A stretch of DNA of 64,000 bases, from assembly GCA_963726195.1 (NCBI GenBank), contig CAVSBO010000007.1, forward strand, positions 62,533 through 126,532. The letters are read 5' to 3'. The position numbers and the translations under genes are program-made. This document shows positions 20,088 to 31,564 of the stretch, piece by piece; the first letter of the stretch is position 1, and every line of letters starts with the position of its first letter. The notes below the pieces were generated by a model, which searched no databases, was not told the origin of the DNA, and saw nothing but the letters and a program-made list of their open reading frames with translations. Origin of the DNA: Candidatus Thorarchaeota archaeon (GTDB lineage: Archaea > Asgardarchaeota > Thorarchaeia > Thorarchaeales > Thorarchaeaceae).

Positions 20088-21173
20088 TTGAGAAGAGTGT
20101 CTGAGTTCAACGAGATTTGGAGCGAGGAAGGTGAACTCGTCAATCGTGCCCTAGGCGATTATCTTGAGGCGAAGATTACCGAGGCCAAGAAGCTTAGCAG
20201 TTCTCTGGCACAGTATTATCAGAATCTAAGAGATTACGTAATGCGGGGCGGAAAGAGACTGCGACCCGTGCTTGTAGCGGCTGGCTACAAAGCAATACGC
20301 GAGAAACTGGAAGTGAAGGACCTCTACAGAACTGCATGTTCCGTCGAGATTCTACACAATGGCTCACTGCTGCATGATGACCTAATCGACCATGACGAGA
20401 CTCGGCGCGGGGGACCGACGTTCCATGCACTATATCGAGACTTGTACGCCAAGGCCTCCAAGAATTCTGAAAAGGCACGTGACTTTGGGAGTGCAATGGC
20501 AATTATCGGCGGTGACACACTTCTCAACATGGGTGCTGACGCGATTGGGTCTTCGAATCTGGATCCAAAGGTTGCCGTGCAGTGTCTCCGCTACTACCAA
20601 CAGGCGTACCAGACTCTCGGAGACGGTGTCTTGCTCGAAACAAATATGACGCATGAGCGCGACACGACAGCCGAAGCGTATCTGCAAATGGTTCGTATGA
20701 AGACCGCTGTGCTTTTTGAGAACTCTTTGCAGATTGGTGCTACCATTGCTCGTGGGACACAGTCTCAAATCAGCGGCCTTCGTGACTTCGGAATGAAAGT
20801 GGGTCAAGCCTTTCAAATGCAAGATGATATCCTCGGCTCCTTTGGTGATGAATCGGTGACTGGAAAAGCTGTCGATAGCGATATTCGCGAGGGAAAGAAG
20901 ACAATGCTTGTCATCGAGTCTTATCGGAGAGGGAGCGCCGAGCAGAAGAAAACACTCGATGGCTTGCTGGGAATGAAGGATATAACTCCGAAACAGGTAG
21001 AGCAGGTCAAGAGTGCGTTCCGAGACTCCGGAGCATTGAAGGCCACTCAGGAGACGATGGAAAAGCTGCTTGTAGCCGGGCAGAAAGCTCTCGACACCAA
21101 TCCGCCACTGACGCCGAAGTACAAGGCGTTCTTAATCAGTCTCTCACACTTCATCGTAGAGAGGAGTTTCTGA
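20088..21173 (+). CDS. Polyprenyl diphosphate synthase (GGPP synthase-like)
   Basis: GGKRLRP, HDDLID...RRG, FQMQDD, DIREGK. Confidence 0.9.
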   Translation: MRRVSEFNEIWSEEGELVNRALGDYLEAKITEAKKLSSSLAQYYQNLRDYVMRGGKRLRPVLVAAGYKAIREKLEVKDLYRTACSVEILHNGSLLHDDLIDHDETRRGGPTFHALYRDLYAKASKNSEKARDFGSAMAIIGGDTLLNMGADAIGSSNLDPKVAVQCLRYYQQAYQTLGDGVLLETNMTHERDTTAEAYLQMVRMKTAVLFENSLQIGATIARGTQSQISGLRDFGMKVGQAFQMQDDILGSFGDESVTGKAVDSDIREGKKTMLVIESYRRGSAEQKKTLDGLLGMKDITPKQVEQVKSAFRDSGALKATQETMEKLLVAGQKALDTNPPLTPKYKAFLISLSHFIVERSF

Positions 21174-21219
21174 AAGGGAAAATCAATGTCCGAGTGATGC
21201 GTCGCTGAGTAATGCAATC

Positions 21220-21852
21220 TCAAGAGCTCGCGTATCCACTCTCAATAAGACGAAGGCTAAGCAGCAGCAAATTCTCTCCCTTTGAGTTCAGGATCCTTTG
21301 CATGGGCTCACTCATAGACGGGGTGTTGGAGCGAACATAATCGAGGAATCCTTGTCTTGACTCCATAAGTGCCCTGCGCATCTCTGCAGCCTGTCTTGCT
21401 AGCACTTCTCGTGCTTTCGTATCGAGGGCTCGGCCTCCCAGTAGCTTGCCCCTCATGGTATTAACGAGGTCCTCAGCCATGGCTCTAGATTCACTCACAA
21501 GTCGTTCGTCAAATCTCTTGGGAAGCCTCTCTGGCTTTGTGTGAATTGCAGAATCTTCAGATGTTGTCTGAGCAGATATCCGCTGAAGTCTGTCCTCCAG
21601 TCTGTCCTCTACTACGAGCCTCTTCCAAGCCCTTCTGCCAAGGAACTCGAGCGGCGCCACGTAACCCTTCGAATGCATTCTGGACAGAATCCTTCCAAAC
21701 TGCTCCTTGGTTACGACTGAGTTCGGGCCTGACATAATGAGAAACTTCTGGAAAATGACGTCCTCGAATTCGATAATCGCGGATCCGAACGAGTGGACAA
21801 CGCTTGTTTCAATGCCGTTCTCCCTTTCTTCCGCTGCGGCATTCTCCGACAT
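21220..21852 (-). CDS. Hypothetical protein, possible N-terminal winged helix
   Basis: 210-aa ORF filling the gap between genes; no family recognised. Confidence 0.55.
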   Translation of the reverse strand: MSENAAAEERENGIETSVVHSFGSAIIEFEDVIFQKFLIMSGPNSVVTKEQFGRILSRMHSKGYVAPLEFLGRRAWKRLVVEDRLEDRLQRISAQTTSEDSAIHTKPERLPKRFDERLVSESRAMAEDLVNTMRGKLLGGRALDTKAREVLARQAAEMRRALMESRQGFLDYVRSNTPSMSEPMQRILNSKGENLLLLSLRLIESGYASS

Positions 21853-22003
21853 GATTCAACCCCAAACGCTGAAACGCCAAAACATAGGTCACCAACGCAT
21901 ATGAAGATTATCAAATCCTGCGAAGTAGTGAAAAAGAGCCACGCGGAAGTGCTCATCGCGACAGTTCTGCGTTTCATGACAGGTCAGACTGATGGGGACC
22001 CAC

Positions 22004-22044
22004 AAAAAAAAGAGTGAAGCAGACGGGTACTGCCCGTCCACTCC
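22004..22044 (-). terminator. Hairpin plus oligo-T terminator
   Basis: GACGGG/CCCGTC stem followed on the minus strand by T8, just after the 22055 stop. Confidence 0.65.
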
Positions 22045-22054
22045 ATTTGACGCC

Positions 22055-23098
22055 TTACTTCTTTCTAAGGAAGTACACTAATGCGATTATTACGACTACT
22101 GCGACAGCTCCTATGCCAAGATAGAGAATCCAGTTGACTGCACCGATAGTCGGAGCAAGCTTCATGGCCCAGTCGATAGTCTGCTTGACTAGATTGTAAC
22201 CGGTCAAGGTCACGTTCTTGTACGATGAATCGTACATCGGCTGGTAATCAGCATAGGGGTTCGCACCAGATACAGCAATGATTCCGGTCTTGTTGCCGCC
22301 TGCGTTGATCTCAACACTCATCGCCGTGAATGATCCTACCTGACCCTGATAATGAGCGACAGGTCGAATAATATCTGCATCAACAATGTGCGCAGACGCT
22401 CCGTAGTAGAGCACTGGGTACACGTTCGCGATAGTAGTGTTCTCCAGACTGACCGCGCTGCTGTTCACGTGTCCAACTGTGCTGCCATAGACGCAAGTTG
22501 GGCCGTGCATCAAGACCTTAGTCACACCTGTCACCAAGCTGGCAACGTAGGGATCTGTGCTGGTCTTGTTGGCAACTGCTCGGTATGCACTGGCGCAGTT
22601 CGACTTCGGATCCTCCACGGATGTAGGCTCCAAGTAGACGTGTGAGCCAATCGAATCGAGGATCTTGGACATGTTGCCGTTAATGTAGTTCCAGCCGGCA
22701 AAGTCGGAGTCTCCACAAATCCAGATGAACTTGTTACCTGAGTTGAACCATTTGGCGATGGCACTAAACTCAGCAGCACTGAAGCTTTTCGAGGTTCCGT
22801 ATATGGCACCGATTACTAGTCCTGTTGCATTGGTAAGAATGGTAGAGTTCAATCCGCCCTTAGCCCAAACCACCGTATATCCCATTGCGGTCAGGTTGGC
22901 CTGCAGCCGAGGATCTTCAATAGCATGAATGCCATTGTAATCCTGTCCGTGCGAGAGGTCAAAGACGATTGTTCCTCCCGCAGCGCGAGCTGGAACGGGG
23001 GCCATACCCACTACAATGAAAGATGGTAGGAACAGGGCCGCAACGACTAGGATTGTACCAATCCTGTGAATGTTGTTTCCTGCTCTCACTATAGACAT
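22055..23098 (-). CDS. Secreted, C-terminally membrane-anchored protein with GldG/IFT52 (GIFT)-like domain
   Basis: Signal peptide, IVFDLSHGQ, C-terminal hydrophobic helix plus RKK, many N-x-S/T sequons. Confidence 0.65.
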   Translation of the reverse strand: MSIVRAGNNIHRIGTILVVAALFLPSFIVVGMAPVPARAAGGTIVFDLSHGQDYNGIHAIEDPRLQANLTAMGYTVVWAKGGLNSTILTNATGLVIGAIYGTSKSFSAAEFSAIAKWFNSGNKFIWICGDSDFAGWNYINGNMSKILDSIGSHVYLEPTSVEDPKSNCASAYRAVANKTSTDPYVASLVTGVTKVLMHGPTCVYGSTVGHVNSSAVSLENTTIANVYPVLYYGASAHIVDADIIRPVAHYQGQVGSFTAMSVEINAGGNKTGIIAVSGANPYADYQPMYDSSYKNVTLTGYNLVKQTIDWAMKLAPTIGAVNWILYLGIGAVAVVVIIALVYFLRKK

Positions 23099-23390
23099 CT
23101 CCTCCTCTTCTCCTCAGAGCGAGGCATTGAGAGGATGACCTCGGGTAGTCAGGTGTACTATTTAGCCTTTTAGGGACAACACAGACACCACGAACAGCGG
23201 CCTATGGCGATAGCGTCATCCTAGCCAGTGTTTCTGTTGGCGGTGTTCAGATGTAACAGCTTTCACATACTTCAACGACATCGTCAGTGACAAACCTTTA
23301 ATATCGCCTCTCGGCCTGTTGTTGATTGAAGGACGAGCAAAAGGGATGACAGTACTCTCCTCTCTTTTGGATGAAATCTAAAGGCGGTGT

Positions 23391-24815
23391 TTGATTATGT
23401 CCTCAGGAGAATTACAGGCTGGGCGCAATGTCAAGATGATTATCATCGTTGTCGTCATCGTTGGCATTTTGGGCGTGGCGGCAGTCGTTACTGTGCTGAC
23501 TCCCCCTCAGCAGAACGCCGGGCAAACGCTGACGATTCTTACGCGACACGATACGTCAATACAATCAGTCTATGAAGAGGCGTTTCTAGCAACTGACTTT
23601 GCTAAGGCGAACAATATCAAGGATATCATGTGGAAGACACAGGACGGTGCGTTCTGGGACCAAGTCGTAAAGGCTGGAGGCGTCGACGTTCTTTGGGGAG
23701 GAGGACCCACGCTGTTTGATCAGATGCAGCGAGACGGCAACCTAGAACCCTTGAACAGTACCCACATGCTGAGTGTTCTGGCGAGAGTCCCGAATGAGAT
23801 AGCAGGAGCTGACATGAAGCGAAATAACACCGAGAACCAGACGATATGGGTGGCCGCCGCAATCTCCTCTTTCGGCTTTACCATTAACAAGGCATTTCTC
23901 AGTGCTTACGGTTTACCGACACCAAAGAACTGGACGGACTTGGCACAGCCGATTTGGGGCAGTCTCCTGCCCACTGCGACAATCGCTATGGGGGATGCCC
24001 CAAGGACCACATCGAACACAAGAATCTACGAAATAATGACTCAAGGTATGGGATGGAATGCCGGATGGGTCAATCTGGCTCGAATGGCCGGCAGTGCTAG
24101 GCTCTATACAGGCTCTGTTGAGACTCAGGCGGGAGTGGAGAATCAACAGGTCGGTGTAGGTATGTCAATCGATTACTACGGCTACAGTTCGCAAGTGAAC
24201 AACCCACAATGCCAGTACGTACTCCCGGAGAATCAGACGATTGTCAACGGGGACCCGATTGCGATTGCGAAAGGCACATCAAAGCTGGCACTAGCTGAAG
24301 GCTTCGTTGATTTCGTGCTATCGGCCGAAGGCCAAGCATATTGGTTTACTGCTGGAATCAACCGGATGCCAGTTCTCGAATCAGCGTTTCAGACGGCCAC
24401 AGGAAAACTGCACCCTGATTTGTACGCAGCGTTCAACAAGACAGTGACCAATCATGGCATTGATTTCAACGACACGCTGTCCCTTCTTACGAATGCCGCC
24501 TACATATTCTACTTCGAAGCAGTATTCAACAATGCTCACGACAAGCTTGAGGCGACTTGGAAGGCATTGGTTGACGCGTACTATAAAGGGAACATCACAC
24601 CCACGCAGCTGGACATGCTAGCCACGAAAATGGGCACGCCCGTGAACGTAACCGTTGACAGCACTGTACATCAGTTCACAATCCCATACGCAACGCAAAT
24701 CAACGACAACATTCTGAATAACGATGTCTTCCGGTACAACATGCAAACACTGTGGACCGCTGCAGCGAACGCACAATATGATGCGGTGTATGCCGAGCTG
24801 CTCTCAATGATATAG
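23391..24815 (+). CDS. ABC transporter substrate-binding protein (Fe3+/thiamine AfuA-like class)
   Basis: N-terminal membrane anchor, DVLWGGG, IDYYG, DPIAI, FVLSAEGQ. Confidence 0.85.
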   Translation: MIMSSGELQAGRNVKMIIIVVVIVGILGVAAVVTVLTPPQQNAGQTLTILTRHDTSIQSVYEEAFLATDFAKANNIKDIMWKTQDGAFWDQVVKAGGVDVLWGGGPTLFDQMQRDGNLEPLNSTHMLSVLARVPNEIAGADMKRNNTENQTIWVAAAISSFGFTINKAFLSAYGLPTPKNWTDLAQPIWGSLLPTATIAMGDAPRTTSNTRIYEIMTQGMGWNAGWVNLARMAGSARLYTGSVETQAGVENQQVGVGMSIDYYGYSSQVNNPQCQYVLPENQTIVNGDPIAIAKGTSKLALAEGFVDFVLSAEGQAYWFTAGINRMPVLESAFQTATGKLHPDLYAAFNKTVTNHGIDFNDTLSLLTNAAYIFYFEAVFNNAHDKLEATWKALVDAYYKGNITPTQLDMLATKMGTPVNVTVDSTVHQFTIPYATQINDNILNNDVFRYNMQTLWTAAANAQYDAVYAELLSMI

Positions 24816-24851
24816 ACCATAGGAGGTACTGGGCCGCCCAAGTAGCTGGAC

Positions 24852-26894
24852 GTGGACAAAGTGGCACAAGTCTCAGAAACAACAGAATCGGAACCTACCG
24901 GTACTGAGATGTTAAGACGAGAGAACCTCTTTGTTGCCATCCTCCGATTCTTGGGTGGCCTAGTCATAGGTCTGTTCAAGGGCATCGCATTACGCATCAT
25001 TGGATTCGTCAAGTGGACTTGGCGGGGTATCGAACGTTTGGCCGGCTTTCTGCACAGCCCCGCGAAGAACACAGGGATCCTTTTTCATAAGTTCAGGTCC
25101 AGTATGCACCAATTCAGGCGAGAGATGGACTCACTCTCTTGGGTTCAGCTAACGGCCATTTTAGTGGTCTTCGGACTGTTTCTGATTGCACCTCTCCTCA
25201 AGGTCGTTGTCGGGTCTTTCGCGATTCAGGATGGCCAACTCGTACTCTTTCTCGTTTTGAACAACCCAGCCTTCGTACCACAATGGTCTCCAGCCGACTT
25301 TCAGATAATCCGACCTAGCCCAAGTGGTATTGTGGAAATATGGGGAATCGACTTGGGCATAATCCTGAATTCTCTGTACGTGGCTGCTGTTGTCACCTGC
25401 GTTACCGTAGTACTTGGCACTTTCTTCGCTTACCTGATTGCCCGATATGATTTCCGCGGAAAGTCGATACTTCGAACAGTGCTTTTGTTCCCAATGTTAT
25501 CGACACCATTTGTAGGTGCCATTGGAATAAAGTGGTTCTTGGGCGGGAATGGATTTCTGAATAACCTTGCATCTGCGGCCTGTTCATGGTTCGGCTTGAC
25601 GTGGACGCGGATTGAGGTCCATGGTCTGGCCGCAATAATACTGGTGCAGAGTCTGTCCCTTTTCTCTCTCGTGTACTTGAATGCATATTCCTCCTTTGTA
25701 GCCATAGACCCATCCCTTGAAGAACAGGCGGAGAACCTTGGTGCCAAAGGCTTCACACTGTTCAGGACCGTTACGCTTCCGCTCGCAATGCCTGGCATCC
25801 AGGCCGGAGCGATACTGGTGTTTATCTTAAGCATTGAAGACTTGGGAACTCCTCTTGTCTACTCTGAAGATCTGCAGGCCCAGCATTGTCTCGCATATCA
25901 AGTATTCAACAACATCACCGCTGAATCAGGTACAGTAAGCCCTATCGGCCCCGCCATCGGAATGATTCTCCTGACATTCGCTCTCTTGGGTTTCCTAGCC
26001 ATCCGCAAATATGCTGCTCTCAGGAGCTACGCATCAACCAGTAAGGGTGGCCAATGGAATCCCCGGACAAGAAGGCTCAGCGCGAGAGCAACGCTCCTTC
26101 TCTACGCCCTTGTCGTACCCATCCTGCTCTTTGCTCTTATTCCTCAGCTGAGCGTCATTCTGCTCGCATTTGCCGAGTATCGGTCCAGTGCATTGTTTCC
26201 TCCATTGACACTTAGTAACTTCGCCATACTCGGAAATCCAGACATTCAGGGTTCAATTACGAGGACACTCAGCTATGCGGGAATCGCGTGCTTCGGCATT
26301 GTTCTATTGGGTGTCTCCGCCGCCTACATAATATCGCGACGGAAGATTCCGGGGCGCACCGCACTTGACCTGCTTGTCACTTCACCCATCGCGATTCCAG
26401 GCATTGTGATTGCCACAGGCTACTTCACGCTCTTCTACAATACTCCTTTCTTCCCTAGGGATGCACCCATGTTCCTGATTGTGATGTCTTACATGGTGAG
26501 GAAGTTTCCCTTTACGGTGAGGGCCGCATATGCGGGGTTGCAGCAGACCCCCGTGGTCATGGAAGAGGCGTCTCTCAATGTCGGGGCGGGTCGCAATACT
26601 ACTTTTGCGAAGATTGTGGTTCCTCTGATAGGCTTGAGCGTGCTCGCGGGTGCCCTTCTGTCATTCGTATACTGCGTCAGTGAGGTCAGTACAAGCCTGT
26701 TGCTCGGCGCAGCAAATTACTACCAAGCCCCTCTTACTTATTGGATAAACGACACACGAGCCGGACTTCCTCCGACACTAGGGATTGGCCCGGCAGCGGC
26801 CCTTGGTGTACTGATGATGAGCATGCAGATGGTCGTGATAACGGTGACTAACAGGATACTCAAGACCAGAGCCTCGGCGATGACCGGCATATAG
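24852..26894 (+). CDS. ABC transporter permease with duplicated transmembrane domain
   Basis: Two EAA loops (LEEQAENLGA, MEEASLNVGA). Confidence 0.9.
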   Translation: MDKVAQVSETTESEPTGTEMLRRENLFVAILRFLGGLVIGLFKGIALRIIGFVKWTWRGIERLAGFLHSPAKNTGILFHKFRSSMHQFRREMDSLSWVQLTAILVVFGLFLIAPLLKVVVGSFAIQDGQLVLFLVLNNPAFVPQWSPADFQIIRPSPSGIVEIWGIDLGIILNSLYVAAVVTCVTVVLGTFFAYLIARYDFRGKSILRTVLLFPMLSTPFVGAIGIKWFLGGNGFLNNLASAACSWFGLTWTRIEVHGLAAIILVQSLSLFSLVYLNAYSSFVAIDPSLEEQAENLGAKGFTLFRTVTLPLAMPGIQAGAILVFILSIEDLGTPLVYSEDLQAQHCLAYQVFNNITAESGTVSPIGPAIGMILLTFALLGFLAIRKYAALRSYASTSKGGQWNPRTRRLSARATLLLYALVVPILLFALIPQLSVILLAFAEYRSSALFPPLTLSNFAILGNPDIQGSITRTLSYAGIACFGIVLLGVSAAYIISRRKIPGRTALDLLVTSPIAIPGIVIATGYFTLFYNTPFFPRDAPMFLIVMSYMVRKFPFTVRAAYAGLQQTPVVMEEASLNVGAGRNTTFAKIVVPLIGLSVLAGALLSFVYCVSEVSTSLLLGAANYYQAPLTYWINDTRAGLPPTLGIGPAAALGVLMMSMQMVVITVTNRILKTRASAMTGI

Positions 26895-26895
26895 G

Positions 26896-28062
26896 GTGAC
26901 AGTCATGGTAACCATACGCCTAGTCAACTTGAGAAAGACATTCGGTGACGTTGTGGCCACTGATGACGTCAACATGGAGCTTGAGGAGGGAAAGCTAACC
27001 ACATTGCTCGGCCCCTCAGGCTGCGGCAAGACCACGCTACTCAGGCTGATTGCTGGATTCTACTTTCCAGACAGAGGACAGATCTTCTTCTCTGACAGAG
27101 ATATGACGGAAGTTCCCCCGAACAGGCGGAACACCGGCATGTGCTTTCAGAACTACGCGCTCTGGCCCCACATGACCGTTTTCGACAATATTGCCTACGG
27201 ACTCAAGATGAAGCGAATCAATGGTATGAAGTACACGCCTGCTGCGATATCTCGACGTGTGGAGAAATCACTTGAGCTCGTCCACATGGAGGGCTTGGCC
27301 AATCGTACTCCTCATCAGCTAAGTGGAGGTCAGCAGCAGAGGGTAGCGCTCGCCCGGGCTCTAGTCATAGAGCCAGATGTCTTGCTTCTCGATGAGCCAC
27401 TCTCAAACCTTGATGCCAAGCTCAGACATGAGATGCGAGAGGAAATCATGCGCATTCAGAAGGAGCTAGGTATCACGACAGTCTATGTCACTCATGATCA
27501 GAACGAGGCGCTCAGCATATCTGACATGGTAGCAGTCATGGACAAGGGATACATTCAGCAGTATGGGTCGCCAAGAGAGATTTATGCTAAGCCCCAGACT
27601 ATCTTTGTTGCTGACTTTATCGGTAAATGCACTTTTGTAGACGCAGAAATCGTCTCATTAGGGGAGTACATCAAAGCCCGTCTGCCAGACGGACAGATGG
27701 TGTCAGGAATAAGCCCTCTGGAAGGTTATCCATTTCAGATCGGAGAACATGTGAGATGTGCTGTTCGTCCTGAGGATCTACAAACCATTCGCACTGATGC
27801 GAGTGATAATGAGATTGCAGGTATCGTCGACGAGGTTGTCTATGTGGGTAGCAATCTGGAGGTTCACTTTAAGGTGGGTGACATCGATGCAGTATCCCTA
27901 CTGCCCCAAGACGCTCCGTGCTGCAAGGGCGACAGAATCCGACTGTTTGCGCCCAGAGCGAACGTGATGGTCCTGCCTCTCGGAGGTGTCGACGCGCTCA
28001 GAAAGATACCTGGTCATCCTCTCTACAACCAACCGTCGGCTGCTTCTTCGAGTGCCGCATGA
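26896..28062 (+). CDS. ABC transporter ATP-binding protein with TOBE domain
   Basis: GPSGCGKTT, LSGGQQQR, LLLDEPLSNLD, VTHDQ. Confidence 0.95.
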   Translation: MTVMVTIRLVNLRKTFGDVVATDDVNMELEEGKLTTLLGPSGCGKTTLLRLIAGFYFPDRGQIFFSDRDMTEVPPNRRNTGMCFQNYALWPHMTVFDNIAYGLKMKRINGMKYTPAAISRRVEKSLELVHMEGLANRTPHQLSGGQQQRVALARALVIEPDVLLLDEPLSNLDAKLRHEMREEIMRIQKELGITTVYVTHDQNEALSISDMVAVMDKGYIQQYGSPREIYAKPQTIFVADFIGKCTFVDAEIVSLGEYIKARLPDGQMVSGISPLEGYPFQIGEHVRCAVRPEDLQTIRTDASDNEIAGIVDEVVYVGSNLEVHFKVGDIDAVSLLPQDAPCCKGDRIRLFAPRANVMVLPLGGVDALRKIPGHPLYNQPSAASSSAA

Positions 28063-30075
28063 TGACAGCGACGCCACGCCTGAATGCCATCATTTCTTTG
28101 CCATCTAGAATGGCCCTCCCGGAACCTAGCAATTCCCCTCTGGAGTCGAGCACTAGCACTTCCTCTCCAGCCTTGAGATGCGGGTTGGCTCGTTTGACGA
28201 ACTTGGTCATCACAGATTTGCCCTCCGCTACGAACGGCGCAGCATCGTCGTCAACCACGACCCTGTAATCATCTATCAAGCCCGACTTCAATAGGAGCCT
28301 ACCGCCATCGTATGTGGGAGTCAACAGCCCGTTAGTTGGGACCAGCGTAAAGAGTACTTTGCCCCCTCGCATGATGTGTCGTATCTTGCCTGTCGATGAA
28401 GAAAGGGTGATCTCTAATTCATCGAGTCCGAGACTGTCTATGTCTTTCACATCCCACTGAAAGGCGCAGATGCCTGCTATCATTCTTCTCTGCCAAGAGG
28501 CATGCGGATGGCTCGCTGCCGGCAGGGTCTGCAACAGCTCGGAAACCCCTGACACCTTCGTTAATCTATCAGCTAGTCCGGTTGCCGATAACAGCAGATT
28601 GGTCGGTGTCTCTCGCGACACCCATATGCAGGCATTGAATTGGATGGTATTCAACAGTCTGCTCAGGCGTTCCCCAGCTGCAGTCAGACACTCAGAATCC
28701 ACAGTCGCAGGAAAAATAGTCTGCTGGGCAGGGTAGACATGCTCCAGTTCCCATGGTACCACTCCTAGAGGTGTCACATAGAAAAGAAGCATCTCAGCAG
28801 GATCGCGAATCTTCACTTCGTTCTCAATTGCCTGATTGGTCTCTGAGAACGGTTTCGTACCCATATCAGGCACTATCACAAGTACCTCGGTTCTTCTGTA
28901 TGGATAGCGCTCGAGAATCCTGTCTTGGAACGTTCTAAGTAGCGGGTGATTTGCTGTCTCAGGACCTGTATAGAACACAGACTTCGAGTCCGCACTAGGC
29001 GCCGACGATTGTATGTTTCTCATTTCATGAAGAAAGACTCTTAGGGCATCAATGAGTGCTGGGTGGCTCCGGGCGCGCAACGCAGCCAGCTCTAACAGAT
29101 TGCCATCAGTGATGGCCTGTCTTATTCTCCTGATCTCGGCAGCGCTGACATACAGGTTGTGTTTTGTAAGAATGAGTGCTTGGGCGGCCTTGTCAAGGGA
29201 CAACAGCTCCTCGATTGTCGTGTTGTTGCAAGCAGGGCATTCACATGGAAGCTCTCGAAGGTCGCTTAGATGGACAGTCCCGGTGGGAAACAGCATTCGA
29301 CCCGATTCCGCGAACTTGGCATATGATGCCGAGTCGAAGAGGTCGCAGCCCATCAATACCGCCTGTGCAAAGAACATGGGGTGGCCACATCCGAAGAGGT
29401 GGACGGGACGTTGAGGTGGAAGACGAGGCTTAGCCGCGAGGGTCGCTCTCACTATGTCAGCGTAACGGTACTGCTCCATAAGAGGCACGAGACCGCCAAT
29501 AGGATGAACGTCGAAATCTAGAGGTGCCATCTCGTCCGCTGCTCGGATTCGCAAATCTGTGTAGATGCCACCTTGGATTGTGCCGGCAAGAAGCATGTCT
29601 CCCTTCTGGCCGACCGACATCCGGGCTCTCTCTGTAGACACACTAACGTCCTGCTCAACTTTCGCCCGTGTAGCACTGGGATCCGAAAACGTGTCCAGGA
29701 TTGTCCCGACATCCGACGCCGATCTGCTGTTGGAAACTTACTATGTCTACGGGGTCAATCTCTCCCTCAGGAAGACCGTGAGTGTACATCTGGAATGTTC
29801 CAGAGTCTGTCATGATAGGCCCGTCGAAGTTGAGAAGTGAATGCACTCCATGGCCAAGAGCCACATCTCTGAAGCGGTCTGTGGACTTGATTATGTATGC
29901 GTTGGTTATAATCATCTGGAACTTGAATTCGGACATGAGCTGGCTCGGTGACACTTCTGATTTTCCGGGATGCACGACCGGCATCAATGAGTGGTGTTGT
30001 TACTGTCCCGTGCTTGGTCTCGAATCTCCCAAGCCGAGCCAGTCCGTCCTTGGCACGAATCTCAAAGTGGCTCAA
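27998..30075 (-). CDS. tgtA: Archaeosine tRNA-guanine(15) transglycosylase with PUA domain, frameshifted
   Basis: FEIRAKDGLARLG, MTDSGTFQ, HLFGCGHPM, DLFDSASY, CECPAC, C-terminal PUA. Confidence 0.9.
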
Positions 30076-30171
30076 TCAGAGTTCCTCATGTGGCATCTAT
30101 TGACTTGCGCGAGAGTTTCGCTCCAAGCATCAATCAATCGATTTAAGACCATATGCCTCAAGCTAAAGTCA

Positions 30172-31498
30172 ATGGGTTCCATAACTGCACTCCTCATCCA
30201 GCACAGATACGCGCGCGATCCGGACCTGCTGGGAGAGTTCGAGGCGTTAGCCAAGACGGCAGAATACAACGTAGTTGGAACCTTCGATGTTGTGGGGCCT
30301 TCTTCAGCGCGTTTCGGACTCAGAGGAGGCAAGGTCGAGGAAATAAAAATCTGGATTGAAGCCCAGAAGCCCGACCTTGTGTTCTACTCTCCTAGCCTCA
30401 AATCAAGCCAAATGTACAGGTTGAAGGAAGAATGGAAGACTGAAGTGAGAGATAGGACCCAGCTAATCCTAGAGATATTTGACAAGCACGCAAGAACCCC
30501 TCAGTCCAAACTGCAGATTGAACAGGCAAGGCTGAGCTATGAGCTTCCTTTCGTGCGACACCAGCTGAACGAGCATCTGGACAAAGAACGGTCTGGTCCC
30601 AGACCAGTTGGCCAAGGGATTGGCCCAGGTGAGGACCCCCTCAATCTGAGATTCATGGAGATAAGACATCGCATCGCAACCATCGAGGATAAGCTCGAGA
30701 AGATATCGGACGAGTCCGAACTGAAACGGAAGAGGCGAGTTGACTCGGGTTTTCTTGAGGTCGCTCTTGCTGGCTATACTAATGCGGGCAAGAGCACCCT
30801 TCACCGTGCTTTGACGGGGTCACAAGTGGAGGTTGCAAACGGGCTCTTCACAACGCTCTCTACGAAGTCATCTGACTTAGCGATGGATGGTCGGCAGGTT
30901 GTCCTCACAGACTCTGTGGGTTTCATAAGTGACCTTCCGAAGTCTCTGCTCCGCGCGTTCAACACTACCCTGATGGAGATTGCGGACGCAGACGTCATTC
31001 TTCTTGTTGTGGATGGGTCTGATTCCGTGAGCGAAGTCCGACGAAAGGCAAACGTCTGCCTGGACACGTTCACAAGAATCGGGATCAACGGGATTCCTAT
31101 AATCACTGCGTTGAACAAGGTTGACCTTATTGATGAGGCCGGTATCGAGCAGAGAATCTCCGCACTTGACGGCATCGGCTTGCAGGTAATCCCAGTCTCC
31201 GCAATGAACTATGACCAATCTTCCAGCGTTGATCGGGGTAATTGAGAGCCTGCTCCCGATTCTATCTGTCTATTCAATCGATCTGCCCTATGGCGATTCG
31301 ACTATGTCGCTCATCTCTTGGTTGCATCAGGTTAGTGATGTTCTCAATCAGGAGTTCAAAGAGGATCGCATCGAGATTGAAGCCAAGCTGAGTCTTGATG
31401 TCGCCCAAAAGCTGCTCAAGATGCTTCCACCCGGCGCGATTCGGAAACTGGAACCACAGTCTAACCACGTGCCTCAGCCCAGTAATAGGGACGAATAG
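30172..31498 (+). CDS. hflX: GTPase HflX, frameshift near 31220
   Basis: DRTQLILEIF, GYTNAGKST, LFTTL, DSVGFI, NKVD. Confidence 0.9.
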
Positions 31499-31564
31499 TT
31501 TGTGCACTTAGGAAACTGTTTTTAGATGCAATATCGATGTCTCAGCACAATCGAGGCTTTCATC

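Noticed and set aside
29782-30171. Long N-terminal extension of HflX
   Set aside because: It is antisense to tgtA; ATG 30172 after a TATA-like TTTAAG fits better.
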